From positions 73,331-113,330 of the forward strand of contig JAFZHY010000022.1 in assembly GCA_017554615.1 (NCBI GenBank): a stretch of 40,000 nt of DNA, in the 5' to 3' direction. How positions within the stretch are numbered: position 1 is the stretch's first letter; each line of letters begins with the position of its first letter. Below the pieces are notes generated by a model. The model worked only from the letters and a program-made list of their open reading frames with translations, searched no databases and was not told the origin of the DNA. Of this stretch, positions 27,778 to 37,138 are shown one piece after another. Both the position numbers and the translations under genes were made by a program. This DNA comes from Clostridia bacterium. GTDB lineage: Bacteria > Bacillota > Clostridia > UMGS1840 > HGM11507.

Positions 27778-28266
27778 ATGTCTTTAAATATTGTACTCGT
27801 AGAACCTGAAATTCCGCAGAATACCGGTAATATAGCAAGAACCTGTGCTGCAATAGGTGCAACACTGCATCTTGTTAAACCCTTAGGGTTTTCAATAGAT
27901 GAAAAGCATGTTAAAAGAGCAGGTCTTGATTACTGGCATCTTCTTACTATAAAAACATATGAAAATATAGGGGAATTTCTCGATGTTAATAAAGGTAAGA
28001 AAATGTATTTTGCAACCACTAAGGCTGATAAAACATATTGCGATATAGAATATGAAGAAGATTGTTTCATTCTCTTTGGTAAGGAAACAAAGGGGTTAGA
28101 CGAAGAACTTTTATATAACAATATGGAATATACTCTTCGTATCCCTATGGTAGAAGATGCAAGAAGTCTTAATCTATCTAATTCGGTTGCAATAGTAGCA
28201 TATGAAGCCATGAGACAAAATAATTTTAGGATGCTTAAAAATACAGGAAAACTTACAAAATTTTAA
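27778..28266 (+). CDS. trmL: tRNA (cytidine/uridine-2'-O-)-methyltransferase TrmL (SpoU/TrmH family)
   Basis: 162 aa. SPOUT motifs NTGNIARTCAA, FGKETKGL and LNLSNSVAIVAYEA. Confidence 0.9.
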   Translation: MSLNIVLVEPEIPQNTGNIARTCAAIGATLHLVKPLGFSIDEKHVKRAGLDYWHLLTIKTYENIGEFLDVNKGKKMYFATTKADKTYCDIEYEEDCFILFGKETKGLDEELLYNNMEYTLRIPMVEDARSLNLSNSVAIVAYEAMRQNNFRMLKNTGKLTKF

Positions 28267-28294
28267 AAAGATGTTAATTTTTTAACATATTATG

Positions 28295-28323
28295 TTGAAT
28301 TTATAAAAATAATATAGTAAAAT
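28295..28323 (+). promoter_or_regulatory. Putative sigma-A promoter for pgk-tpiA-gpmI
   Basis: TTGAAT (28295-28300), a 17-nt spacer, then TAAAAT (28318-28323). Confidence 0.45.
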
Positions 28324-28366
28324 AAAAAAGTATGATTTTTATGTAAATAAATTATGAGGTGATATT

Positions 28367-29554
28367 ATGTTAAACAAAAAATCAGTAGAAGATTTACAAG
28401 TTAACGGTAAAAAGGTTTTAGTTCGTGTGGACTTTAATGTTCCGCTTGACGAAAATAAAAACGTTACCGATGATAACAGAATTGTTGGAGCACTTCCTAC
28501 AATTAAATACTTAGTAAATAACAATGCAAAAGTTATTCTTTGCAGCCATCTTGGAAGACCAAAGGGAGAATTTAACGAAAAATACAGCCTAAAACCTGTT
28601 GTTAAAAGATTATCCCAGCTTCTTGGTCAGGAAGTTAAAATGGCAGACGATGTTATAGGCGAATCTGCAAAGAAACTTGCAAGCGAGTTAAAAGACGGAG
28701 AAGTTTTAGTATTAGAAAATGTTAGATTCCACAAGGAAGAAACAGATAATGACAGAGAATTCTCCAAAGAATTAGCATCAATGGCAGATTTATATGTTAA
28801 CGATGCATTTGGAACTGCTCACAGAGCACACGCTTCAACTGCAGGTGTTGCAGAATTTTTACCATCTGCCTGCGGATATCTTATCAAAAAAGAAATTGAT
28901 ATTATGGGTAAAGCATTATCTAACCCAGCAAGACCTTTTGTTACAATTTTAGGTGGAGCAAAAGTTTCTGATAAAATTGGCGTTATCACAAACCTAATTG
29001 AAAAAGTTGACGCTTTGGTTATCGGTGGTGGTATGGCTTACACATTCTCAAAAGCAATGGGTGGCAACATCGGTAAATCAATCTGCGAAGATGATAAAAT
29101 TGAATTAGCAAAAGAACTTCTTAAAAAAGCAGAAGAAAAAGGCGTTAAAATTCTTCTTCCTATTGATAACGTATGTGCTGACGAATTCAGTAACGACGCA
29201 AATATCGTTATGGCTGATTCAGGCTTTATTCCTGACGGATATCAGGGCCTTGACATCGGCGAAAAATCAGTTGAATTATTTAAAGATACATTAAAAGATG
29301 CAAAAACAATTATCTGGAACGGACCTATGGGCGTTTTTGAATTTTCTAACTTTGCAAACGGAACAAAAGCAGTTGCAAAAATCGTTGCAGAAGCAGATGC
29401 TGTTACAATCATCGGTGGTGGAGACTCAGCTGCAGCAGTTGAACAGTTAGGTTATGCAGACCAGATGACACATATTTCTACTGGTGGCGGTGCTTCATTA
29501 GAATTCTTAGAAGGAAAAGTTCTTCCAGGAATTGATGTATTAAACGATAAATAA
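28367..29554 (+). CDS. pgk: Phosphoglycerate kinase
   Basis: [29 protein letters not shown], and GGGDSAAAV...[13 protein letters not shown]. Confidence 0.97.
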   Translation: MLNKKSVEDLQVNGKKVLVRVDFNVPLDENKNVTDDNRIVGALPTIKYLVNNNAKVILCSHLGRPKGEFNEKYSLKPVVKRLSQLLGQEVKMADDVIGESAKKLASELKDGEVLVLENVRFHKEETDNDREFSKELASMADLYVNDAFGTAHRAHASTAGVAEFLPSACGYLIKKEIDIMGKALSNPARPFVTILGGAKVSDKIGVITNLIEKVDALVIGGGMAYTFSKAMGGNIGKSICEDDKIELAKELLKKAEEKGVKILLPIDNVCADEFSNDANIVMADSGFIPDGYQGLDIGEKSVELFKDTLKDAKTIIWNGPMGVFEFSNFANGTKAVAKIVAEADAVTIIGGGDSAAAVEQLGYADQMTHISTGGGASLEFLEGKVLPGIDVLNDK

Positions 29555-29579
29555 TACCTTTAAGGAAAGGAAGATTAAA

Positions 29580-30329
29580 ATGAGAAGAAAACTTATTGCA
29601 GGAAACTGGAAAATGAATAAAACCCTAAGCGAAACTAAAGCGCTTATAAACGATATAAAAGGAAAAATCACAACTTTAAACTGTGATGTTTGTATGTGTG
29701 TTCCTTTTACAAACTTAGTAAGCGCAGTAGAACTTGTTGAGGGTACACAGTTAAAAATCGGCGCACAGAATATGCATTTTTGCGAAAGTGGTGCGTATAC
29801 TGGCGAAATCTCTTCAGATATGCTATGCGAAACAGGTGCAACATATGTTGTAATCGGCCATTCTGAAAGAAGAGAATATTTTAACGAAACAGACGAAACT
29901 GTTAATAAAAAGATATTAAAAGCGATAGAAAAAAATCTTATTCCTATCGTTTGCGTTGGTGAATCTTTAGAAGAAAGAGAAGCAAATAAAACACTTGATA
30001 TTATTAAAAATCAGGTAGTAAAAGCACTTGAGGGTGTATCTTCTTCCGATATGGAAAAAGTAGTTTTTGCATATGAGCCAATCTGGGCAATAGGCACAGG
30101 AAGAACTGCAACATGCGAACAGGCTAACGAAGTATGTAAATTTATAAGAGACTGCGTTGAAACATTATATGATAAAAATGTAGCAGACAATATAAAAATA
30201 CTATATGGTGGCAGTATGAATGCAAAAAATGCTGACGAATTATTAAAACAGCCTGATATTGACGGTGGTTTAATTGGTGGAGCATCACTTAAAGCAGAAG
30301 ATTTTGTAACTATTATAGATTTTTGCTAA
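29580..30329 (+). CDS. tpiA: Triosephosphate isomerase
   Basis: AGNWKMN, IGHSERR, AYEPIWAIGTG and YGGS. Confidence 0.97.
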   Translation: MRRKLIAGNWKMNKTLSETKALINDIKGKITTLNCDVCMCVPFTNLVSAVELVEGTQLKIGAQNMHFCESGAYTGEISSDMLCETGATYVVIGHSERREYFNETDETVNKKILKAIEKNLIPIVCVGESLEEREANKTLDIIKNQVVKALEGVSSSDMEKVVFAYEPIWAIGTGRTATCEQANEVCKFIRDCVETLYDKNVADNIKILYGGSMNAKNADELLKQPDIDGGLIGGASLKAEDFVTIIDFC

Positions 30330-30347
30330 CAGGAAGGAAATAGTAAT

Positions 30348-31865
30348 ATGAAAAAACCGGTTGCCTTATTGATCCTTGACGGATATGGGTATAATGAAAC
30401 TGAAAAAGGTAATGCAATTATTGCTGCAGGAGAAGGTAATATTACAGGATATGTTAAAAAGTATCCTAATACATTACTTTCAGCAAGTGGTATGGATGTT
30501 GGTCTTCCTGACGGTCAGATGGGGAACTCTGAAGTTGGACATACCAATATCGGTGCAGGAAGAATAGTATATCAGGAACTTACAAGAATTACTAAATCTA
30601 TATCAGACGGAGATTTCTTTAAAAAGGAAGAATTCCTTATGGCAATTAAAAATTGCAAAGAAAATGATAGTGCTCTACATCTTATAGGTTTGGTTTCTGA
30701 TGGTGGAGTTCACTCTCATAACGAGCATCTTTATGCACTTTTAAAACTTGCAAAAGACAATGGCCTTACCAGAGTTTTTGTTCATGCACTTTTAGACGGA
30801 AGAGATGTTCCTCCTACAAGTGGCTTGGAATATGTAAAAAAATTAGAAGAAAAAATTGCTGAAATCGGCGTTGGTAAAATTGCTACTGTTATGGGCAGAT
30901 ATTATGCAATGGACCGTGATAACAGATGGGATAGAGTTTCAAAAGCGTATGAAGCTATGGTTCTTTTAAAAGGAGATACTGCAAAAACAGCAGTTGATGC
31001 AGTTGAAGCATCTTACAAAAAAGAAGTAGTTGACGAATTTGTTGTTCCTTGCGTTATAGACGGTGCTGAAGCAATCTGCGAAAATTCATCAGTTATTTTC
31101 TTTAATTTCAGACCGGACAGAGCAAGAGAAATCACAAGAGTATTTGTAGACGAAAATTTTGACGGTTTTGTAAGAGAAAAAGGATTTTTCCCTCTTTACT
31201 ATGTGTGCTTAACACAATATGATGCAACAATGCCTAATGTATCAGTTGCATTTAAACCTGAAGAACTTGTTAACACATTTGGAGAAATTATAAGCAAAAA
31301 AGGCTTAAAACAGTTAAGAATTGCCGAAACTGAAAAATATGCCCATGTAACATTTTTCTTCAATGGTGGTAAAGAAGAAGTATACGAAGGGGAAGACAGA
31401 TGCCTTATCGCATCTCCTAAAGTTGCAACATACGATTTAAAACCTGAAATGTCTGCATATGAGGTTAAAGATAATGTTATAGAAAGAATTGAAAAAGACT
31501 TATATGACGTTATTATCTTAAATTTTGCCAACTGTGATATGGTTGGTCATACAGGCGATTTTGATGCTTGTGTCAAAGCCGTTAAAGCAGTTGACGATTG
31601 TGTGGGCCAGGTGGTTGAAAAAATTCTTGAAAAAGACGGTGTTGTGCTTATCACAGCAGACCACGGTAACGCTGACCTTATGTGGAACGAAGAACAGGGC
31701 GTTGTTACAGCGCACTCTACAAATCCTGTTCCGCTAATCGTAATCGGTGCCGGTGATATTACATTAAAAGAAGGAAGAATTTCCGATTTATGTCCTACAA
31801 TGCTTGATATTATGGGCATTGAAAAACCGGAAGAAATGACAGGAAATTCCTTGATTGTAAAATAA
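30348..31865 (+). CDS. gpmI: 2,3-bisphosphoglycerate-independent phosphoglycerate mutase
   Basis: LILDGYG, MGNSEVGHTNIGAGR, SDGGVHSH, and NFANCDMVGHTG...ADHGNAD. Confidence 0.97.
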   Translation: MKKPVALLILDGYGYNETEKGNAIIAAGEGNITGYVKKYPNTLLSASGMDVGLPDGQMGNSEVGHTNIGAGRIVYQELTRITKSISDGDFFKKEEFLMAIKNCKENDSALHLIGLVSDGGVHSHNEHLYALLKLAKDNGLTRVFVHALLDGRDVPPTSGLEYVKKLEEKIAEIGVGKIATVMGRYYAMDRDNRWDRVSKAYEAMVLLKGDTAKTAVDAVEASYKKEVVDEFVVPCVIDGAEAICENSSVIFFNFRPDRAREITRVFVDENFDGFVREKGFFPLYYVCLTQYDATMPNVSVAFKPEELVNTFGEIISKKGLKQLRIAETEKYAHVTFFFNGGKEEVYEGEDRCLIASPKVATYDLKPEMSAYEVKDNVIERIEKDLYDVIILNFANCDMVGHTGDFDACVKAVKAVDDCVGQVVEKILEKDGVVLITADHGNADLMWNEEQGVVTAHSTNPVPLIVIGAGDITLKEGRISDLCPTMLDIMGIEKPEEMTGNSLIVK

Positions 31866-31884
31866 ACTTTTTAGGTAAAATAAC

Positions 31885-31913
31885 TTGTAAAAATATTATA
31901 TATATAGTATAAT
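31885..31913 (+). promoter_or_regulatory. Putative sigma-A promoter for the SRP RNA
   Basis: TTGTAA (31885-31890), a 17-nt spacer, then TATAAT (31908-31913). A second TATAAT sits at 31914-31919. Confidence 0.45.
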
Positions 31914-31920
31914 TATAATA

Positions 31921-32230
31921 TGATATTATCCTGAATTTTTTTTCAGGTTGATATACCAATCCGTACTAGCCGGGGAGTTAGCGGTGCCCTGTACCTGCAA
32001 TCCGCTATAGCAGGGGTGAATATCATTATGAGGGTATTGATAGTGTGGCTGGTGTTTGTAAGTAGTGATGAAGATTTGGTCTTATGCAATACTGTATTGT
32101 GAACCTCGTCAGGTCGGGAACGAAGCAGCGATAAGCAATTTCGTGTATGTGCCCTAAGGTAGCCGAATCCGAGCCGGCTGCAAAAGTTCCGCATATTATT
32201 GATATTCGAGTTCTGATTGTACGGTTTTTT
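31921..32230 (+). ncRNA. ffs: Signal recognition particle RNA, long Bacillus-type (scRNA/ffs); the 5' boundary is uncertain (31921-31960)
   Basis: - A GC-rich island sits in AT-rich DNA.
- gttagcggtgccctgtacctgcaatccgctatagcagggg closely matches my recollection of the B. subtilis scRNA 5' region (GGUAGCGGUGCCCUGUACCUGCAAUCCGCU).
- gtcaggtcgggaacgaagcagc corresponds to the domain IV motif GUCAGGUCCGGAAGGAAGCAGC.
- ccgtac (31961-31966) pairs with gtacgg (32219-32224), followed by T6.
- Classic position immediately upstream of dnaX. Confidence 0.85.
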
Positions 32231-32258
32231 ATTAAATATTCTTGTTGTGGAGGTTAAT

Positions 32259-34097
32259 ATGGCATATCAGGCTTTATACAGAAAATGGAGACCGTCAGTG
32301 TTTGAAGATGTTGTCGGTCAGGATCATATAGTTGATACTTTGAAAAATCAGATAAATACAAATAAAATAGCTCATGCCTATCTTTTCTGCGGTTCAAGGG
32401 GTACAGGTAAAACTTCTACAGCGAAAATATTTTCAAGAGCAGTAAACTGTGAGCATCCTGTTAACGGTAATCCTTGTAACGAGTGTGATACTTGTCTTGG
32501 CATTATAAATAACAGTATATTTGATGTTATAGAAATTGACGGTGCATCCAACAATAAGGTTGACGATATCAGAAATATCAGAGATGAAGTTGTTTACCCA
32601 CCTGCAAACTGTAAATATAAAGTTTATATTATAGACGAAGTTCATATGCTGACAACCGAAGCATTCAATGCTTTATTAAAAACATTGGAAGAGCCTCCTC
32701 AGTATGTTATTTTTATTTTGGCAACTACCGAATTTCATAAAATTCCTGCAACTATTATATCCCGTTGCCAGAAGTTTGATTTTAAGAGAATTACATATAA
32801 TGACACGGCTAAAAGAATTCGCAAAGTTGCAATGGCAGATAACATAGATGTTACTGAATCTGCTGTTAAACTTATTGCTAAAGCAGCAGACGGTTCTTTA
32901 AGAGACGGGCTTAGTAAATTAGACCAGTGCCTTGCATTAGGGCTTACTAAAATTGATTATAAAGATGTTGCCAATATTATAGGTGCTTCTGACCCTGAGT
33001 TTTTATCTAAATTCTGTGATGCTATCATAGATGAAAAAATAGGCGACTCGTATAAACTTTTAGACGACGGTGTTAATATGGGTATAGACCCGTTAAGGCT
33101 TTTTACAGACGTTATTGATTATTTCAGAGACCTTATGATGATTAAAACTTCAAATGATTATTCTCTTATAATAAATAACGAAGAAGAAGTTATAAAAAAA
33201 TACAACGAACAATGCAGTAAATTAACAATATCCCGTCTTCTTAAAATTATCGAAAATCTGTTTGAGGCGCAGAATAATTCCAAATATCTTGCATCTCCAA
33301 AACTTGCATTTGAAACAGCACTTTTAAAAATAGCATCAAAAAACACAAGCACAGATATTGAAACTCTTCTTGACAGATTAGAAAAATTAGAAGAAAAAAT
33401 AAAAGATTTATCACAGGGAAACATTCCTTGTAAAAATTTGTCAGTTGAATTTAATAAAAATACTGCACCTCAAGTTTTTCCGTTAGAATATAACGAAGAA
33501 ACCAAAAAAGAAGAAACAGATGATTTAAAAGAAAGTTCCATAACCCAGATTGCACAGGATATAATTAAAGAAGATGAAGAATATGATTTTTCTTCAGAGT
33601 ACTCTGAAGAAGATGACTATGAGGGTTATACAATTCCAAATGAAGTTAATATTGATAATTTCACTATTAATGATATGCCTGAAAATGCAATCTTAAATGA
33701 TAATACAGAAAATAAAGTAATTGATACAAAAATTGAAGAAAAAGTTGATAGTAAAGAAATATTATCTTATATCAAACTTAACTTTAAAGATTTTTTGGTA
33801 AATATAAAAAACAAAGATATAGGGTTTGACAATATAATGCTCTCAACAGTTATATCACTTGATGATACAGGCATTGTATTTGATTTTGACAATAAAACAA
33901 AACTTGATATTGCTCTTGGCAGTAAATATGATAAACTTATAAAAGAAGCAATAAATGATGTATACGGTATAGAGGTTTCTGTTAAACTTAAAGGACAGGA
34001 CAATGTTACAGAAGATGAAGAAATCGCTTCTGACCCGTTAGACGATTTATTTAAACTTGCAGAACAAAATCAGGTAATATTTAATTTTGAAGATTAG
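32259..34097 (+). CDS. dnaX: DNA polymerase III subunit tau (DnaX)
   Basis: I prefer the ATG at 32259, 5 nt after ggagg. The track's start at 32217 lies inside the SRP RNA. The protein opens MAYQALYRKWRP. It has Walker A GSRGTGKTS, a zinc module (CNECDTC), DEVHML and SRCQKF. The C-terminal linker is acidic and low-complexity. Confidence 0.95.
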   Translation: MAYQALYRKWRPSVFEDVVGQDHIVDTLKNQINTNKIAHAYLFCGSRGTGKTSTAKIFSRAVNCEHPVNGNPCNECDTCLGIINNSIFDVIEIDGASNNKVDDIRNIRDEVVYPPANCKYKVYIIDEVHMLTTEAFNALLKTLEEPPQYVIFILATTEFHKIPATIISRCQKFDFKRITYNDTAKRIRKVAMADNIDVTESAVKLIAKAADGSLRDGLSKLDQCLALGLTKIDYKDVANIIGASDPEFLSKFCDAIIDEKIGDSYKLLDDGVNMGIDPLRLFTDVIDYFRDLMMIKTSNDYSLIINNEEEVIKKYNEQCSKLTISRLLKIIENLFEAQNNSKYLASPKLAFETALLKIASKNTSTDIETLLDRLEKLEEKIKDLSQGNIPCKNLSVEFNKNTAPQVFPLEYNEETKKEETDDLKESSITQIAQDIIKEDEEYDFSSEYSEEDDYEGYTIPNEVNIDNFTINDMPENAILNDNTENKVIDTKIEEKVDSKEILSYIKLNFKDFLVNIKNKDIGFDNIMLSTVISLDDTGIVFDFDNKTKLDIALGSKYDKLIKEAINDVYGIEVSVKLKGQDNVTEDEEIASDPLDDLFKLAEQNQVIFNFED

Positions 34098-34109
34098 GAG
34101 TGAACTATT

Positions 34110-34463
34110 ATGGCAAAAGGAAGATTTCCAATGGGAGGATTTCCCGGCGGTGGAAATATGAATAATATGATTAAACAGGCACAGAAAATGCAGGAAAATC
34201 TTGTTAAAGCACAGCAGGAAATAGAAGAAGCGTCATACGATATTTCTGCAGGTGGCGGTGCTGTTAATCTTACTATAAACGGAAATAACCAAATAACAAA
34301 AATTTCAATCAACCCAGAGGTTGTAGACCCTGATGATGTTGAAATGCTTGAAGACCTTATTATGAGTGCATTTAACGAAGCGATTAAAAAGGTTGAAAAA
34401 GAAAAGAGTGAAAAATTAGGTAAACTAACCGGAGGAATGGGCAATTTTGGGGGCTTATTCTAA
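34110..34463 (+). CDS. ybaB: Nucleoid-associated protein YbaB/EbfC
   Basis: 117 aa. Signature MIKQAQKMQENLVKAQQEI...GGGAV, in dnaX-ybaB-recR synteny. Confidence 0.9.
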   Translation: MAKGRFPMGGFPGGGNMNNMIKQAQKMQENLVKAQQEIEEASYDISAGGGAVNLTINGNNQITKISINPEVVDPDDVEMLEDLIMSAFNEAIKKVEKEKSEKLGKLTGGMGNFGGLF

Positions 34464-34486
34464 AATAAAAATAACCGGAGGATATT

Positions 34487-35086
34487 ATGAACTATTTTGT
34501 TGCACCTCTTGCAAAACTAATTGATGAATTTAATAAACTTCCAGGTATCGGTAAAAAATCTGCACAAAGACTGGCTTTTTATATTCTTTCTAAAGACTTT
34601 TCTTATGTGAAGAATTTTTCTGATGCCTTAATTGAGGTTAAAGAAAAGGTTAATTTTTGTGAGAAGTGTTTTAATGTTACAGATAAAGCAGTATGTGATA
34701 TCTGCCATGACCCTAAGAGAAATCAGAATGTGATATGTGTTGTTGAAAACCCTAAAGATGTTATTGCAATGGAAAATTTAAATGAATTTAACGGTGTCTA
34801 TCACGTTCTTCACGGTGTCATAAGTCCTCTTAACGAAATCGGTCCTGATGATATAAAAATCAAAGAACTTGTTGAAAAGGTAGCAAAGGGAAATATAGAA
34901 GAAGTTATACTTGCAACCAATCTTAATGTTGAAGGGGAAACAACTGCGATGTATATTGCAAAACTTTTGTCTAATTTCGTAAGTAATATAACCCGTCTTG
35001 CAAATGGTCTGCCTGTTGGTTCCGATATTGAATATGCAGATGAAAGTACGCTTCTTAATGCGTTTGAGGGGAGGAGAAAAGTTTAA
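34487..35086 (+). CDS. recR: Recombination protein RecR
   Basis: HhH (LPGIGKKSAQRLAF), a C4 zinc finger (CEKCFNVTDKAVCDIC) and a Toprim domain (ICVVENPKDVIAMENL). Confidence 0.95.
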   Translation: MNYFVAPLAKLIDEFNKLPGIGKKSAQRLAFYILSKDFSYVKNFSDALIEVKEKVNFCEKCFNVTDKAVCDICHDPKRNQNVICVVENPKDVIAMENLNEFNGVYHVLHGVISPLNEIGPDDIKIKELVEKVAKGNIEEVILATNLNVEGETTAMYIAKLLSNFVSNITRLANGLPVGSDIEYADESTLLNAFEGRRKV

Positions 35087-35087
35087 T

Positions 35088-36029
35088 ATGCAAACGAAAA
35101 TTAAACTTGGGAAATCTAAACCTGTTTCTTCGCTTAAATTACCCTTTGATTTTTTTGAAAACCATTTCAGACTACTTTCTGCCAACACTGTTAAAATATA
35201 TATGTACCTTATGTATCTTTGTTCTCTTGGAGAAGTCGAAATAAGTGAAGAAGATATCGCAAAGAAATTATCTCTTGACACTTCTTCTGTAAAAGAATGT
35301 TACATAGAACTTGAAGAATACGGACTTATATCTTTAAATGATAGTACAAATGATTTTGAACTTGTAAATCTTGAAGAGTTTTATAAAAACTATTTTAAGA
35401 TGGGCAGTAAAGAAGTAAAAAAAGAAATCAAGGATAAATCAAAATCTATAAAATTTGATGAAGATTTCAAGAAAAAAATAGGTTTTATAGAAGACGTTTA
35501 CGGAAAAGACTTAAACCAAAATGATATTTTGGAGATATACGATTTACTTACCAATTATAAAATCCCGTATGATGTTTTAATATGTGCAATAGAATACTCT
35601 GCTTCTAAAAATAAAAAGAGTTTTAATTATATTTCCAAGGTTGCCCTAAACTGGAAAGAGTTGGGGCTAAACAGTTATGAAAGTTGTGAAAAATATATTA
35701 CAGACGAAAATTTAGATTCTGACAAACTGTTTAACAATGTTAAAAAAATATTCGGTTTAAAAAGAGAACTGTTTGATGTAGAAAAAACTTTCATAGAAGA
35801 CTGGTATTATAACAAACATAAAACTTTAGATGATATAAAAAAAGCATTTGAATCAACTATTTTAAATACAGGTAAACTTTCTTTCCCGTATCTTAACAAA
35901 GTTCTTACAAATGATAAGACAGTTGAATTAAAGAGGGGAAGTAAAAATATCGGTTTAAATAATTTTAAACAAAGAGAGTATGATTCTAAAGATGTACTTA
36001 ATGCTTTAAGAAAAAAACAGAACAGTTAA
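35088..36029 (+). CDS. DnaD-domain replication initiation/restart protein (DnaB/DnaD-like)
   Basis: I prefer the ATG at 35088, one base after the recR stop. The N-terminal winged-helix-like region contains VKIYMYLMYLCSLGEVEISEEDIAKKLSL. Two DnaD/DnaB_2-type C-terminal repeats are present (DVLICAIEYSASKNKKSFNYISKVALNWKELGL; IEDWYYNKHKTLDDIKKAFESTILNTGKLSFPYLNKVL). Confidence 0.75.
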   Translation: MQTKIKLGKSKPVSSLKLPFDFFENHFRLLSANTVKIYMYLMYLCSLGEVEISEEDIAKKLSLDTSSVKECYIELEEYGLISLNDSTNDFELVNLEEFYKNYFKMGSKEVKKEIKDKSKSIKFDEDFKKKIGFIEDVYGKDLNQNDILEIYDLLTNYKIPYDVLICAIEYSASKNKKSFNYISKVALNWKELGLNSYESCEKYITDENLDSDKLFNNVKKIFGLKRELFDVEKTFIEDWYYNKHKTLDDIKKAFESTILNTGKLSFPYLNKVLTNDKTVELKRGSKNIGLNNFKQREYDSKDVLNALRKKQNS

Positions 36030-36046
36030 ACTGATGAGGTGTTTTT

Positions 36047-37036
36047 ATGTCATACAGCAGTAAGATTTTTAAAAAGGCTTATGAAAAATTACAGGAAAAA
36101 AGGGATAAAAACAAGCAAATTCTTGAGTTAAGAAAAGAAGAAATTTATAATAAAATCCCTGAATATTTAACACTTAAAAAAGAGGTTATAAAACTTCTTG
36201 GTGAGTGTGTTAAAAATATGGGTGTTTACAGCCCCGAAAAAAATGAGGAAATTAAAAAAACTATAAAAGAAGCCGAACAGAAAAAGACTGAATTACTTGT
36301 AAAAAACGGTTATCCTAAAGATTATCTTGACGATATATTTGAATGTAATGAATGTAAAGATACAGGGTATATTGCATCCAAAAAATGCAGTTGTTTAGAA
36401 AAAATACTAAAAGAAATTGCATCGGATGAATCGAATTTATCATATGTTCTTGATAAGAAAAACTTTGAAAATTTTGATTTAAATATGTTTTCAGACAAGC
36501 CGGATGATAGCGGTATTTCTCCAAAAGATAATATGAAAAATATTTTAAATCATACTAAAAATTTTATCGATAACTTTGATAATGCCGGTACAAAATCACT
36601 GCTCTTTACAGGCAGTACAGGTGTGGGGAAAACTTATTTATCAGGATGCATAGCAAAAACACTTATTGATAACGGTAAAAATGTTTTATACCAATCTTGC
36701 ATAAAACTTTCAGAAGTCTTGGATGAATACAAGTTTAACCGTGAAAACGCTATGTATGATACCAAAAGTATTATAAAAGATTTATACGAAATAGATTTAC
36801 TTATAATAGATGATTTAGGAACAGAGTTTAAAACTTCTTATACTCTAACAGCACTCTTTGAACTTATAAATTCAAGACTTATAAATAATAAAAAGATGAT
36901 AATTTCAACTAATCTTTCTGTTCTTGAATTAAAAGAAGTATATTCTGAAAGACTTTTTTCAAGATTTATCGGCGAATTTTTAATTTTAGAATTTACAGGC
37001 GAAGACCTAAGAATTAAAAACATTTTTGCCAAATAA
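36047..37036 (+). CDS. DnaC/DnaI-like AAA+ helicase loader
   Basis: Cys cluster CNECKDTGYIASKKCSC. Walker A GSTGVGKTYL and Walker B LLIIDDLGTE. The sensor region is MIISTNL...RLFSR. It directly follows a DnaD-domain gene. Confidence 0.85.
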   Translation: MSYSSKIFKKAYEKLQEKRDKNKQILELRKEEIYNKIPEYLTLKKEVIKLLGECVKNMGVYSPEKNEEIKKTIKEAEQKKTELLVKNGYPKDYLDDIFECNECKDTGYIASKKCSCLEKILKEIASDESNLSYVLDKKNFENFDLNMFSDKPDDSGISPKDNMKNILNHTKNFIDNFDNAGTKSLLFTGSTGVGKTYLSGCIAKTLIDNGKNVLYQSCIKLSEVLDEYKFNRENAMYDTKSIIKDLYEIDLLIIDDLGTEFKTSYTLTALFELINSRLINNKKMIISTNLSVLELKEVYSERLFSRFIGEFLILEFTGEDLRIKNIFAK

Positions 37037-37064
37037 TATTATTTTTACCAATTAAAAATAATTG

Positions 37065-37093
37065 TTGAATAAGGTAAAAATATATGTTAAAAT
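37065..37093 (+). promoter_or_regulatory. Putative sigma-A promoter with extended -10 for the large SLH gene
   Basis: TTGAAT (37065-37070), a 17-nt spacer, then TGtTAAAAT (37085-37093). Confidence 0.5.
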
Positions 37094-37138
37094 AACAATA
37101 TATGACCTATATAATATATACACTAAGGAGGAAGAAAA

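Noticed and set aside
28271-28288. Inverted repeat atgttaa-tttt-ttaacat after trmL, as a possible terminator
   Set aside because: It has only 7 AT-rich base pairs and no T-run following, which is too weak to call.
31943-32194. 83-aa minus-strand ORF
   Set aside because: It lies entirely antisense to the SRP RNA. It stays open only because this island is GC-rich, and it has no RBS or recognisable motif.
32217-32258. N-terminal extensions offered by the track: dnaX from 32217, DnaD-domain gene from 34998, secG from 12160, corA from 20645, ecfA2 from 16411
   Set aside because: In each case a downstream start has a proper Shine-Dalgarno sequence and begins at the conserved N-terminus of the family. 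The longer form would overlap the preceding gene, promoter or RNA.
33501-33523. Possible programmed -1 frameshift in dnaX: CCAAAAAAG run near the domain III/IV boundary, with a -1 frame stop (tga at 33521-33523), reminiscent of the E. coli tau/gamma site
   Set aside because: The zero frame is acc-aaa-aaa-gaa, not the A-AAA-AAG register needed for tandem slippage. I see no downstream stem-loop or upstream SD-like enhancer. Off-frame stops are frequent in AT-rich DNA, and Firmicutes are generally thought to make only tau. The question could be settled by a Western blot or mass spectrometry of DnaX.
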